From Candidatus Iainarchaeum sp. (GTDB lineage Archaea > Iainarchaeota > Iainarchaeia > Iainarchaeales > VGJJ01), in NCBI GenBank assembly GCA_043803765.1, contig JAZDJQ010000012.1:1165-65164 (forward strand): 64,000 nucleotides of DNA, in the 5' to 3' direction. The position numbers and the translations under genes were made by a program. The notes beneath the pieces were generated by a model. The model ran no database searches. It was not told the origin of the DNA and was given only the letters and a program-made list of their open reading frames with translations. How positions within the stretch are numbered: the stretch's first letter is position 1; each line of letters begins with the position of its first letter. Positions 19,956-29,561 of the stretch are shown here, piece by piece.

Positions 19956-20972
19956 ATGACGACCGTCCTACTCTATGGTCAACCTTATTCTAAGAAAGTG
20001 GGGGGCGCGGAACAATTCACTCGTTTGCTGCAGAAGATTATTCCTGATTTGGTTCCACTGTATTCCGACTCGAGCCATTTTCCATTGTTGGCCGAACCCT
20101 TGAAGGCGAAAGAGGTCGCGGAGAAACTAGGGCGAGAACTCTTTCAATTGAATCCTCACACGGTGATTTACAGTGGAATGTATGGTTGGGCCCTTCCACG
20201 CACAACGAGTTATCGAAAGATTGCTATCTGTCATGGGACTTATTCGTCTTTCGCTCGTGCAGCGATGCCGTGGTCATTGGATCGTATTCGGACGGAATTC
20301 GTGTATAGCTATTTCGAAAAAAAATCGTTTGCCAACGCGGACATGGTCATTTCCAATTCGACGTTTACCCGGGATTGTCTGCGTGCCGATTATGGGATAG
20401 AATCGATTCCCATCTCTCTTGCCACCGATGATCAGGTATTCCGAAAGAAGAAATGGAAAGAAAAAAAAAAACTTGGACTGCCCGATATGCCTATCATTCT
20501 TTTCGTTGGACGGCCGGACCATTATAAGGGGTTTGATATCGTTGAAAAGTTGGCTCGTATGCACCCCGAGTGGCACTTTGTCTCTCTTACTTCTCCGCGT
20601 GCCCAATCCGAGGTGGTTGACGCACGCGATTCTGTTCCGTTTGAGGAGTTGGTCGAATACTATCACGCCTGCGACGCGGTATTATTCCCTAGCCGATTCG
20701 AGAGTTTCGGGTATGTCACGATTGAGGCATTGATGGCTCACAAGCCGATTGTGACAATTTCTTTTGGGATTGCGAGGGAGATTGTTCATCCTTATTGTAT
20801 TGTATCTCCTTCTCCCTCATTGGAGGATTATTCGTCTTCTCTAATCCGTGCGTTATCCCTCCCGAAGAAAGCCTCATTCTCTGAAATCGAAAAGCGTTTT
20901 TCGCTCACCCGCCTGCAGAAGGATCTGCAACGGGTATTTAGCATCGAGAAAAAAGGAGCGAAGTCTGAATGA
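19956..20972 (+). CDS. GT4-family glycosyltransferase
   Basis: C-terminal PSRFESFGYVTIEALMAHKPIV, an E-x7-E-like GT4 signature. Confidence 0.7.
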   Translation: MTTVLLYGQPYSKKVGGAEQFTRLLQKIIPDLVPLYSDSSHFPLLAEPLKAKEVAEKLGRELFQLNPHTVIYSGMYGWALPRTTSYRKIAICHGTYSSFARAAMPWSLDRIRTEFVYSYFEKKSFANADMVISNSTFTRDCLRADYGIESIPISLATDDQVFRKKKWKEKKKLGLPDMPIILFVGRPDHYKGFDIVEKLARMHPEWHFVSLTSPRAQSEVVDARDSVPFEELVEYYHACDAVLFPSRFESFGYVTIEALMAHKPIVTISFGIAREIVHPYCIVSPSPSLEDYSSSLIRALSLPKKASFSEIEKRFSLTRLQKDLQRVFSIEKKGAKSE

Positions 20973-22153
20973 ATCCTCCACGCATTGCATTGGTCGCCCC
21001 CTATATGATTCCCGAGCGTGGTGCCTGTCCCGCACGCGTGAGTTCGGTGGAAAAATTCCTTTGTGAGAAAGGATGGAGTGTGGATTGTTATGCTCCTGCC
21101 CGCAAAGGAGTGAACCCCATTTCAAATGTGGTGCGATATTCAGGCCCAATGGAATTGTTTCGATTACTATTGAGTAAAAAGTATGACGCAGTCTGGTCCA
21201 CGTCACCTCCGCTCACGCATTCGTTGTTCGCCGCACTTGCAACGAAACTTTCGGGCGGGAAGATAGCCGTGGATTTGCGCGATCCTTGGGTGGACGTGGC
21301 GTATCCCCGTTCCCCTTTTTTCAATCTCAAGCGCTGGGTGTTTCAAGTTGTAGAGTGGCTGACGTTCCTCTTGGCGGATAATATCTTCATCGTCTCGCCG
21401 GGAATCCAACAGTACATCATGGTCTATCCGTTCATGGATTCCTCCAAAATTATTCTCGCGCCGAATGGAACAATTCCCGAACGATTTGCGTTCAATCCCA
21501 AGACCCGCATCGAGGTTCGAAAGAAATTAGGTATTTCTCCAAAAGAAATAGTAGGATTGTATCCCGGAGCGCACTTCTACACGGATACGGACACGTTCAT
21601 TCAGCGTCTGAGCGAAGTTCCCTCTCTTTCGAAGATCACGATTATGATGGTGGTTCCCCTCACGAAAAAAGGGACAAAGACTCTCACTTTCCAGGCAGAT
21701 GAGATTCGTTCCCGGTTAGAGGAGAAGAGATTGGGAAAACGAATCATCTGGGTGGACGGAACATATGTAGAAGACTCAAGGTTGGGTGATTATTTTTCAG
21801 CAGCCGATTTTGGGTTTGTGACACTGGATACGCGATTGGATTATTGTATCCCCCTAAAAGTGTATGATTGCCTGGGCTCCGGATTGGACGTCTGGGCATT
21901 AGGTCCTCCATCTGGGGATTTGAAGGAGGTTCTCTCCAGAAACAATAATAATAGTAAGAGTAGTTCGGGAAGCATTTACTCCCATTCCTGGCCCGACCTT
22001 CTGGCAATGGGGCAAGAGTGGGTCAAAAAGCACCGTTTTGATGCTAAAGTGCGCAAGAAACAAAGCAAGGCTGCAGGTAAATTATATAGTCGAGTCATAG
22101 CCAATGAGACCATATTCCGTACTCTCAATGAGTGGTTTCAAAAAACCCGCTGA
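20969..22153 (+). CDS. Divergent GT-B fold glycosyltransferase
   Basis: N-terminal IALVAPYMIPERGACPARV...KGWSVDCYAP resembles GT4 N-domains. C-terminal ...PLKVYDCLGSGLDVWA donor-site-like region. Translationally coupled to the previous GT4. Confidence 0.4.
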   Translation: MNPPRIALVAPYMIPERGACPARVSSVEKFLCEKGWSVDCYAPARKGVNPISNVVRYSGPMELFRLLLSKKYDAVWSTSPPLTHSLFAALATKLSGGKIAVDLRDPWVDVAYPRSPFFNLKRWVFQVVEWLTFLLADNIFIVSPGIQQYIMVYPFMDSSKIILAPNGTIPERFAFNPKTRIEVRKKLGISPKEIVGLYPGAHFYTDTDTFIQRLSEVPSLSKITIMMVVPLTKKGTKTLTFQADEIRSRLEEKRLGKRIIWVDGTYVEDSRLGDYFSAADFGFVTLDTRLDYCIPLKVYDCLGSGLDVWALGPPSGDLKEVLSRNNNNSKSSSGSIYSHSWPDLLAMGQEWVKKHRFDAKVRKKQSKAAGKLYSRVIANETIFRTLNEWFQKTR

Positions 22154-22154
22154 C

Positions 22155-23579
22155 CTAGCGGAATCCTATTATCTTTCCTAGGAAACGTCCTATTTTCGTT
22201 AGGGGAGTTGGAGATCCGCGTGTCAAGGAGTAAGTCAACCGTTTGAGTCCAAGCAAATCTCCCCCAGCAAATGTATCGTTTTTTCCAAAATGAAAAGTTT
22301 TTTTTCCATGAATGTTCCACTCATTCCGTGTTTCCGTAAGGGTACCATCCTCACACGTGATGATAAATGCCGCGCTCGTGTTCGCACGGGGAATTTTTCC
22401 TTTCGTTTTTTTGGCGAGAAAACGCAATGCTTTATCGTTCCATCCAGCGACGGACAGATGGTCTTTCCAGCTCGCCACAAAAGGACTATTTTCATTCACG
22501 TCCAATCCAACGAAAGATGCAAATCCTCCAGTGGGTTGTTGGAGGGAAAGAAGGAATGTAGTTCCTTTTTTCACATTCGCTTGGAACCCTCCAATCTTTT
22601 TCAATGCACGGAGAACGTCTCCGGTTCCTGCTCCAAAGATGGGATACCGAATTTTTTTTCCATGATGATATCCAAAAGCAAATGACCCGTCCTCAAGTTG
22701 TTGGGAAATAATGAATCGGGCAGCCTTTTGGGCGGCATGTTGGAATCGTTTTTCTTTCGTGTGCGCGTATAGCAAAAACAAAGGAGAGACACAGCGAGCA
22801 GTGTAATAGGTGATAATTTGTTCCTTGTCATTGGCCTGGAAAATCCCCCCGGCAGTGGGTTTCTCATTGGATTGAAGGGAGAGAATCATCGCCCCTGCGT
22901 GAGTAGCATATTCAGCATATTTTTGATCACGAGTAGCATCGGTTAATAACAAGAGGGCTTCGCATGCGGTGGCAATCTTGTTCGGGACAAAAAGATTAGG
23001 GGCGTTATTACACTGCCCCTTCTCGTATTGTTGAAAGGTCTTCTTTTCATCATTCCAGAATCGGGCGATGAGCACACCGTCAATATTTTTTCTTGCGGCA
23101 TCGATGAAGGGCTGCCCTTTTCCTTTTTCCATTTTTTCAAGTCGCGTGCCCAATCGTAATAGCGCGATGTCCACTGCGCACTCGTGAATAATAGAAATGA
23201 ATCCCATGGAAGGGTTGGCTTCAAATGCCGAATCATTGAATGTCCCATTATCGCGTTGGTTTTTGAGGATGTATTCTCCACAAGAACGAGCATATTCGAG
23301 GTAATGAGAATTTTTCGTGTTTTTCTCCAACGAGAGAAGCCCCGTGATTAATCCTTCGTATCGCCAATCGGTTCCAGGTCCAATATAGGAGAGGGAATCA
23401 TCCCAATAATGTACGACCGGCCCACCAAATCCACGGGACTGTTCCACTGTCGTAAACCAATCAAGAAGATTCGATACCACTTGGTTCAATTCGATTTTTG
23501 TTTTAGTGCGCATCCGTTCAACCAATAATTCTCTCGCCCAACGCATTTTTATTCCATTGGATGCTGAGTCCATGAACAT
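22155..23579 (-). CDS. (alpha/alpha)6-toroid repeat protein (prenyltransferase/squalene-oxidase-like or N-acylglucosamine-2-epimerase-like fold)
   Basis: Repeated Q-x2-DG-[ST]-F motifs (QRDNGTF, QLEDGSFAF, QQPTGGFASF) typical of alpha-toroid repeat proteins. No clear signal peptide. Start uncertain. Confidence 0.35.
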   Translation of the reverse strand: MFMDSASNGIKMRWARELLVERMRTKTKIELNQVVSNLLDWFTTVEQSRGFGGPVVHYWDDSLSYIGPGTDWRYEGLITGLLSLEKNTKNSHYLEYARSCGEYILKNQRDNGTFNDSAFEANPSMGFISIIHECAVDIALLRLGTRLEKMEKGKGQPFIDAARKNIDGVLIARFWNDEKKTFQQYEKGQCNNAPNLFVPNKIATACEALLLLTDATRDQKYAEYATHAGAMILSLQSNEKPTAGGIFQANDKEQIITYYTARCVSPLFLLYAHTKEKRFQHAAQKAARFIISQQLEDGSFAFGYHHGKKIRYPIFGAGTGDVLRALKKIGGFQANVKKGTTFLLSLQQPTGGFASFVGLDVNENSPFVASWKDHLSVAGWNDKALRFLAKKTKGKIPRANTSAAFIITCEDGTLTETRNEWNIHGKKTFHFGKNDTFAGGDLLGLKRLTYSLTRGSPTPLTKIGRFLGKIIGFR

Positions 23580-24393
23580 GGTGTCTTTCGATTCTCACCG
23601 CGTAGATGAGCGGGGATACACCACCTCTTTGAAAGTGGGAAAACAAGAGATTCTCGCGAAGTGGGGTATTGAATTCTCGGATGGAAATGGTTTTTTCATC
23701 CATGGAAAAGAAGGAAATGCCCCAATGAGTCTCCTCTCTCTTTCAACGAATGAAAAGGAGACGCAGGGAGAAATGGTGGTACATCTCAAGACGACTGATT
23801 TGCGCATTTCCATGCACGAAAAATTTTTCCCGAAAAAAATTGTCCGCGAGTATGTATTTATTCCATCACACGACACGTTCATGCAGGACATCTCCATCAG
23901 TCAGGGATTCGTGAAGGGTATTTTTTCGTCCATGAAAATAGGAAGTGAAACTATTACCTTTACTGGAAAGGAACGCAATCACCAATTTAACGAGACAAAA
24001 GTAATATTGAATGGAAAAGAATTTGATCTTCGTATTGAGTATGAGAGTTCCCACTCCGGAACGGGGTTTTCTCCTATGATCTATGGGCGAACTTCCCCCA
24101 AGGATGGGTGGGTGGTGCATGCGCGTCTCTTCCCAAAAGTGGCTTCGAAAAAAGTCATTGTGTGGTGCAATCCCTTGTGGAACAAGAAAATTCCTTTCTC
24201 GGATATTCTTGTGCACATTAAACCATTAGTGGACTACTTGTGGAACATTGGGGAGCTCCCGGAGAGGGCGCACATTCGGATGGGTGGATTGACTGCCTAT
24301 GGTCTCGCGGAGGTGAAGAAAGACATTCCAATCTCTTTCACAGAGACGATAACTCTTATTCCAAAAAAGATTCAGGCGAAAAAGAAAAAATAA
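23506..24393 (+). CDS. Hypothetical protein
   Basis: 295-aa ORF with no recognisable motifs and a K-rich C-terminus. The 5' end overlaps the upstream minus-strand gene, so the real start is probably near 23572 (MNMVSF). Confidence 0.3.
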   Translation: MRIRSTNNSLAQRIFIPLDAESMNMVSFDSHRVDERGYTTSLKVGKQEILAKWGIEFSDGNGFFIHGKEGNAPMSLLSLSTNEKETQGEMVVHLKTTDLRISMHEKFFPKKIVREYVFIPSHDTFMQDISISQGFVKGIFSSMKIGSETITFTGKERNHQFNETKVILNGKEFDLRIEYESSHSGTGFSPMIYGRTSPKDGWVVHARLFPKVASKKVIVWCNPLWNKKIPFSDILVHIKPLVDYLWNIGELPERAHIRMGGLTAYGLAEVKKDIPISFTETITLIPKKIQAKKKK

Positions 24394-24405
24394 TCAGTAG
24401 ATTCT

Positions 24406-25863
24406 TTATGCGTTCTTGTTCTTGACCTTGATAGCATAGTCGATGATGGAGTAGGGCATAATGTTGTGAGCCAATAATGTGCCGATGACTCTTCCGGGAA
24501 ATCCATAGTCGCGCATCAATCGCCGCACATGGTATTTCTTCCGTATTTCCCTCTGGACTTTGGGGATCTTCTTCTCAATATATCGTCTCTGCTCCGTGGA
24601 AATACAAGGAGTGGAAATAATGATGTGATCGGCCTTCTGGTTCACATCGTTCAGGTAATCCGCGGGCTCGATGAGGAACAATCCTCTCTTCTTTGCCTGT
24701 TCGAATCCTTCCGTTCCGAAATAAGGCACAAAATTGTTGAAGGAGGCCCATCGAATAGGATACTTAAGAGCAAAGTTGAAAGTATCCTCAACATCTTGGA
24801 GTGTTTGGTCAGGGAATCCAACCATCATGTTGAGGTGGACATCGAATCCAACATCAATGGCATCCAGGATTGCCTTCTCAATCTGCTGGAGGGTTTCTCC
24901 CTTATGCAACAATTGGAGCATCTTCTCGTTTCCTACTTCGACTCCATAAATAATCGCTTCGAACTTGGCGTCCTTCATGGCCTGCAACACTTCTCTGTTC
25001 ACTCGATCCGCGCGCACGCCTTGAGGAACGTTAAGGATAAGTCCCTTGAAGTCTTCTTTCTGAATAAGATGGCAGAATTTGATAACTCTATTCATGTCTA
25101 GGGTAAAATTATCATCCAAATATTCAATGCGACGATATCCTTTCTCGTACCAATACTTAACCTCTTCGAGCATGTCTTCCGCGGAGCGGAATCGCCACCA
25201 GTTCCCGCTTACGACGGGAGCCGCACAAAAAATGCATTTTTCAGGGCAGCCGCGAGAAGAAAGGACGACCATTCCTGGGTACCAATACTTGGACAATTCG
25301 AACTTCTCATATTTGGGCCAAGGCAAGGATTGAATGTCTCTTCGAAAGAGTCGTTCGCCTGTGAACACAATGTTGCCTCCTTCCCGATAAATAAGTCCTT
25401 TGATCTCACTAATGGGTTTGTCTTGGCATAATTCAAGAAGAGTCTCTTCTCCCTCTTTGATGATTCCATAATCAATGGCTAAACACTCATTCAATACTTT
25501 TTCTTTCGCCGTAGAAATATGGGCGGCTCCAACTGCAATAGGAATGTGAGGAAGGGCGTCCTTAATTTGGGTGATAAGTGTATAGCTATCCTTGTACCGA
25601 TAGCTCTTCATTGCGATTCCAATGAGATTGGGTTTGAACGCTTCGACTTTCTTCAGAATGTCCTCGAATCCGTATCCGAGATTCATGTCCAATACATCGT
25701 ATTCCACTCCATTCATCTGGAGGAATTCCCCAATGTATCCCAATGCCAAATCGGGTACATCGCCGGGACGATACGATGATTTATGGTAGGCAACCGGAAT
25801 CAATAGTACTCGAGTATATCGCATAGAGATTTTGTCCTCTTTCGGTCCTTTTAATTTGTCCAC
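24406..25863 (-). CDS. Cobalamin-binding radical SAM protein (class B)
   Basis: B12-binding-like N-domain (LIGIAMKS...IPIAVGAAHIS) followed by CPEKCIFC. Third paralog in the cluster. Confidence 0.75.
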   Translation of the reverse strand: MDKLKGPKEDKISMRYTRVLLIPVAYHKSSYRPGDVPDLALGYIGEFLQMNGVEYDVLDMNLGYGFEDILKKVEAFKPNLIGIAMKSYRYKDSYTLITQIKDALPHIPIAVGAAHISTAKEKVLNECLAIDYGIIKEGEETLLELCQDKPISEIKGLIYREGGNIVFTGERLFRRDIQSLPWPKYEKFELSKYWYPGMVVLSSRGCPEKCIFCAAPVVSGNWWRFRSAEDMLEEVKYWYEKGYRRIEYLDDNFTLDMNRVIKFCHLIQKEDFKGLILNVPQGVRADRVNREVLQAMKDAKFEAIIYGVEVGNEKMLQLLHKGETLQQIEKAILDAIDVGFDVHLNMMVGFPDQTLQDVEDTFNFALKYPIRWASFNNFVPYFGTEGFEQAKKRGLFLIEPADYLNDVNQKADHIIISTPCISTEQRRYIEKKIPKVQREIRKKYHVRRLMRDYGFPGRVIGTLLAHNIMPYSIIDYAIKVKNKNA

Positions 25864-25869
25864 GCGACA

Positions 25870-26817
25870 TCAGTCCAATCCCATCTTATCTATGATTCCG
25901 GCGACCAAGGACTTAGGAGTATGGTTGATGTAGGTTCCTAGTTTCACTCCAGAGGAACAACCGATACATTGTTTGAGGGTCCGTTGGGTCATGGCAATTT
26001 GTTTTTGTTTATGGTCTTCAGATTCCCAAATCTTCTTGAATCCTTCCTCAAACACATTTCCAAACTTGGTATGCCCAAGTAGGTCAAAACAACAACTAGC
26101 CAATTCCCCATTCCAGTACACGACTGAATTATTATTGACCCATGAACAAGTGCCCAATTTGGTGTAATCGAATCGTCGCACAAACTCCTTGTTGGTAGAC
26201 TCCCATTGCTTGGCCACCCCACTCACGTCTCCCGCGACCCACGCGAAGTGCATGGCTTTGAGGAGGAGAGTATTGACGCCTATTTCCTTTGACCATTTTT
26301 TCATTTGTCCTATTTCATGCTCATTGTATTTATTCACCATGAATGAAACAATAATGTTGGGGTTGTTCTTTTCTAATCGCTTTTTCTCCGCACAAAGAGT
26401 TTCAATCCCTTTTTTGGCGAGCGAAAAATTATCCACTCCAATCACGGCAGGCTTCCGGTACTCTTCATAGGTTTCCCGGGTGAACCCATCAAAGGATAAT
26501 ACTGCATTGTCCAATCCTGCCTTGATGATGGAAGCTGCCTTTCCTTCCATGAGGGTCGCATTGCTCGTGATGCTTGTCCGTTTTCCTTTGCTCTTGGCAT
26601 AGGCGATGAATTCTTCTATTTTAGGATGAAGAAGTGGTTCAGCCGTGACCCCGAAATTGAGACTTTTCACGTAGGAGTCTGTCTCATCGATGAGTTTTTT
26701 GAATTTTTCTAAATCCATGAATCCCTTAGGTCGTTCGATGAATGGATTGTCGCATAGTGCACACTTTAGATTGCAGATGTTCGTGAGTTCGATGGATAAT
26801 TCGCTCGGATAGATCAT
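25870..26817 (-). CDS. Radical SAM protein with C-terminal SPASM/twitch-like Cys-rich domain
   Basis: LTNICNLKCALCDNP (CxxxCxxC) at the N-terminus. C-terminal cluster of Cys (CSWV...ASCCFDL...CIGCSSG). Confidence 0.65.
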   Translation of the reverse strand: MIYPSELSIELTNICNLKCALCDNPFIERPKGFMDLEKFKKLIDETDSYVKSLNFGVTAEPLLHPKIEEFIAYAKSKGKRTSITSNATLMEGKAASIIKAGLDNAVLSFDGFTRETYEEYRKPAVIGVDNFSLAKKGIETLCAEKKRLEKNNPNIIVSFMVNKYNEHEIGQMKKWSKEIGVNTLLLKAMHFAWVAGDVSGVAKQWESTNKEFVRRFDYTKLGTCSWVNNNSVVYWNGELASCCFDLLGHTKFGNVFEEGFKKIWESEDHKQKQIAMTQRTLKQCIGCSSGVKLGTYINHTPKSLVAGIIDKMGLD

Positions 26818-27530
26818 TTAATTACCCTCATAGCCAGATAGTTTCGGGAATCTAGTTCCTTAACAGTATATCCGAGACCCTTTAATGTCTTTTCGCACTC
26901 CAACTTCCGCTCTTCGGTGAGGGCTTCAAAGATAACATCCGGGCAATCTTTTTGGAGGGTGTGTAGGGCGCCCAGCAGGACGCGATTTTCGCTTCCTTCG
27001 CAGTCAATCTTGATGAGGGACACCTTCCCTAGAAGTTTTACTTCATCGAGTCGTTTTACATGAGCCGTGTCTTTTTGACGGAGGTCCAATCCAAGCATTC
27101 CTTTCGCGACATCCACTTGCGCGGGATCAATAGTCGTGGCTCCACTATATTGGGTATCCCGGTAGAGCGGAAAGAATCCTTCCCGATCCGAAAGGCCATA
27201 TTCATGAAGCGTGAATTGGTTCGCATATTTGGAATGTGTGAGATTCTTTCGTAGTAAGGCCAGAATGCGCGGGTTCACGTCGAAACCATGCGCGTGTCCA
27301 CCGGTTTGGTGAATAAAATAAATGCTAACTAATCCGTAGTGGCACCCAACATCCACGAGCAATCCTCCTTGGTATTTGGAAAAATCCACATCTTTTACCC
27401 ACATGGGCACGTGAAGATGCAAGGTCTCCCATTTTATTGGAAGTGTTATTTCTTCGCGGATATCCTTGATAGGTTGGAGAATCCGATCCCAGAGATTCAT
27501 TTCGATCCTCCTGTGGTGGATGGACGCCAA
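26814..27530 (-). CDS. FkbM-family SAM-dependent methyltransferase
   Basis: VDVGCHYGLVS motif I and IKIDCEGSE (the FkbM-type I-K-I-D-x-E-G-x-E signature). Confidence 0.6.
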   Translation of the reverse strand: MASIHHRRIEMNLWDRILQPIKDIREEITLPIKWETLHLHVPMWVKDVDFSKYQGGLLVDVGCHYGLVSIYFIHQTGGHAHGFDVNPRILALLRKNLTHSKYANQFTLHEYGLSDREGFFPLYRDTQYSGATTIDPAQVDVAKGMLGLDLRQKDTAHVKRLDEVKLLGKVSLIKIDCEGSENRVLLGALHTLQKDCPDVIFEALTEERKLECEKTLKGLGYTVKELDSRNYLAMRVIK

Positions 27531-28222
27531 AAATAATAGTGCTTGTAGTCTACTCCTTCGTGGGAGTATCCTTCTCGCGTGAATCGGTCGATGGTTTCTC
27601 TCTTCTCATCTTCTCCATATATCTCAGGATGGAGCTCTAAGAGGAATCGCGGATTGTGTTTGGTCCATTTAGAATCGGTAAATACTTGTTCCGCAAGTAT
27701 CTTTTCAGCTCCTTCAATATCAACAAAATAGAAAGAGGGAATCATCTTGGACTGTGCATGAATCCAATGCAAATCGTTTTTTTCCGAAAGAGGAGCGTGA
27801 ATCACTTGAAATCTTTCGAGAAGAATGGGGTTGAATTCCCGGAGCATGTGGAGAATAGTCACATAGTGCAGGTCCATTTCCACTCCCACAACTCTCCCAT
27901 CTTTCCCTGCAAGGTCAGCCATCTGGAGGGCAAATTCTCCATAGTTGGATCCCAAGTCCAATATCATTTCACCTGGGCGAATAACGGCATCCAATTTCGC
28001 AATGATAGCGGGCTCCCATGCATCGCGGGATCGTAGAAATGCGCGCCACCCTTCGCGGGGCTCAATGAATAATTGGCCATGTTTCACAGGAAAAAAACCC
28101 GCACTTTTTCGGGTCCACCACGGGGATTGGATGAGGAAAGAGTACCAGAGAGCCTTCCCATGAATCTTTTTCCACAAGGAAATAGCGGGAGAATGATTCA
28201 CCACCGGATGATCGTGATCCAT
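27497..28222 (-). CDS. FkbM-family SAM-dependent methyltransferase
   Basis: ILDLGSNYGEFALQ motif I and YFVDIEGAE (FkbM-like). Overlaps the neighbouring gene by 34 nt. Confidence 0.55.
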   Translation of the reverse strand: MDHDHPVVNHSPAISLWKKIHGKALWYSFLIQSPWWTRKSAGFFPVKHGQLFIEPREGWRAFLRSRDAWEPAIIAKLDAVIRPGEMILDLGSNYGEFALQMADLAGKDGRVVGVEMDLHYVTILHMLREFNPILLERFQVIHAPLSEKNDLHWIHAQSKMIPSFYFVDIEGAEKILAEQVFTDSKWTKHNPRFLLELHPEIYGEDEKRETIDRFTREGYSHEGVDYKHYYFWRPSTTGGSK

Positions 28223-28226
28223 ATTG

Positions 28227-29552
28227 TCATGCCCCCTTTGTCATACGAGAAAAGGAGTGGAGAATCTTTTTTAACAACTCTCGCTCGGATGGGGTGACCC
28301 ATTCAAAGTGGAATCGGTATCCGATTCGCCGAATAGCATAGATGATGAGCAAAATGGACAATGTCGCATACACGAACACATTGGAAGCCGCGGCTACCTG
28401 AACACCCTGCGTAGCTGCCCATGCATACATGACCAGTGCGATTCCCGCTGAGGGAAGGAACACTTCGAGAAATAATTGTTTGAGGTTTCCTCTCGAATAC
28501 GCATAGCCATGAAGGGGTCTCACGGCATTGAAGAGGGATACTCCCCCCACGAGGAGGAGGCCCAATCCATACACTTCAGCATGATTGGTGGGAGCGACGA
28601 AGGAAAGGACGTAGTCCCCCACCAAATAGTATCCTATAAGCTGCACGGTACTCACAAGGATGGAATATTTGATGATAGCATTCACGATGAAAAGATCATT
28701 CTCCTTTCCAGTAGTTCGCGCCAAGGCCACGATGCACATTTTTTGTAGGATTTGTGGAATGAAAATGAATACCCCTGCAAGGGTGAGAGCAATAGTATAG
28801 TTCCCCACCGCAAACGCGGTGGCGAAAAATCCGAGGAAGAAAATGTCCGCGCGATAAATCAATTGGGCCACCGATCCGATAAAGTGGTTCCAGAGGATAG
28901 AGGTGTTGAACACGGATTTGAAATCCTGCTTCAATACACTGGGAGAAAGCAGCAAAGGAAAGGGGAATGTTTTCAGGAAGCGATACACCCATGCCATGGA
29001 GAACAGTCCCGTGAGGACGGCGAGCAGGAGGAGATAAACTCCCAATTCCCGCTCGACGTATACGATTCCAAGTCCGCCAAGGAAGAGGAGTTGATAGGCG
29101 AGGTTCATCTTCAATATGTCTTTCTGCTTGAATTCTACGAAAAAGAATTCTTGGATGGATGCTTGAAGCGTGTTGAGATGATACACGAGTGCAGTGCCAA
29201 TGAGATAGATAAGCAGAAAATCCCCGCGAGAGGAATACAGCAGCCATCCCCCAACGAGCATGAGAGAAAAAACCAACATCGTGCGGACTGCCCAGAACGA
29301 TAGAAAACTTTCAGCGAATTTTTTTGGGTTTTTTTTGAATGAAACATAGTCTCGAAAGAGCAGCACTTCCGGGGTAATCATGAGAAAGGCAAACATGGCG
29401 ATAAATCCCCCGGTGATTCCAATGATGGCAATATCCTCACGTGGAAGAATACGACTTAGGAGAAAAAAGGAAAAGAGCCCCATAATCATAGACAATGTTT
29501 GGTTTGCCGTGCTCATGAGAGCTTGCTTGAATAGTTGTTCCTTGAGGACCAT
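28227..29552 (-). CDS. Wzx-like oligosaccharide flippase (MOP superfamily polysaccharide biosynthesis protein)
   Basis: 441 aa and about 12-14 TM helices through its whole length. Sits inside a glycan cluster next to the core-building GTs. Confidence 0.6.
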   Translation of the reverse strand: MVLKEQLFKQALMSTANQTLSMIMGLFSFFLLSRILPREDIAIIGITGGFIAMFAFLMITPEVLLFRDYVSFKKNPKKFAESFLSFWAVRTMLVFSLMLVGGWLLYSSRGDFLLIYLIGTALVYHLNTLQASIQEFFFVEFKQKDILKMNLAYQLLFLGGLGIVYVERELGVYLLLLAVLTGLFSMAWVYRFLKTFPFPLLLSPSVLKQDFKSVFNTSILWNHFIGSVAQLIYRADIFFLGFFATAFAVGNYTIALTLAGVFIFIPQILQKMCIVALARTTGKENDLFIVNAIIKYSILVSTVQLIGYYLVGDYVLSFVAPTNHAEVYGLGLLLVGGVSLFNAVRPLHGYAYSRGNLKQLFLEVFLPSAGIALVMYAWAATQGVQVAAASNVFVYATLSILLIIYAIRRIGYRFHFEWVTPSERELLKKILHSFSRMTKGA

Positions 29553-29561
29553 ACCATTACC

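Noticed and set aside
29135-29347. Short ORFs antisense to the flippase and various 60-100 aa ORFs scattered within the giant gene (e.g. 53346-53537, 54097-54336)
   Set aside because: They are embedded in or antisense to long well-supported CDSs with no independent signals.
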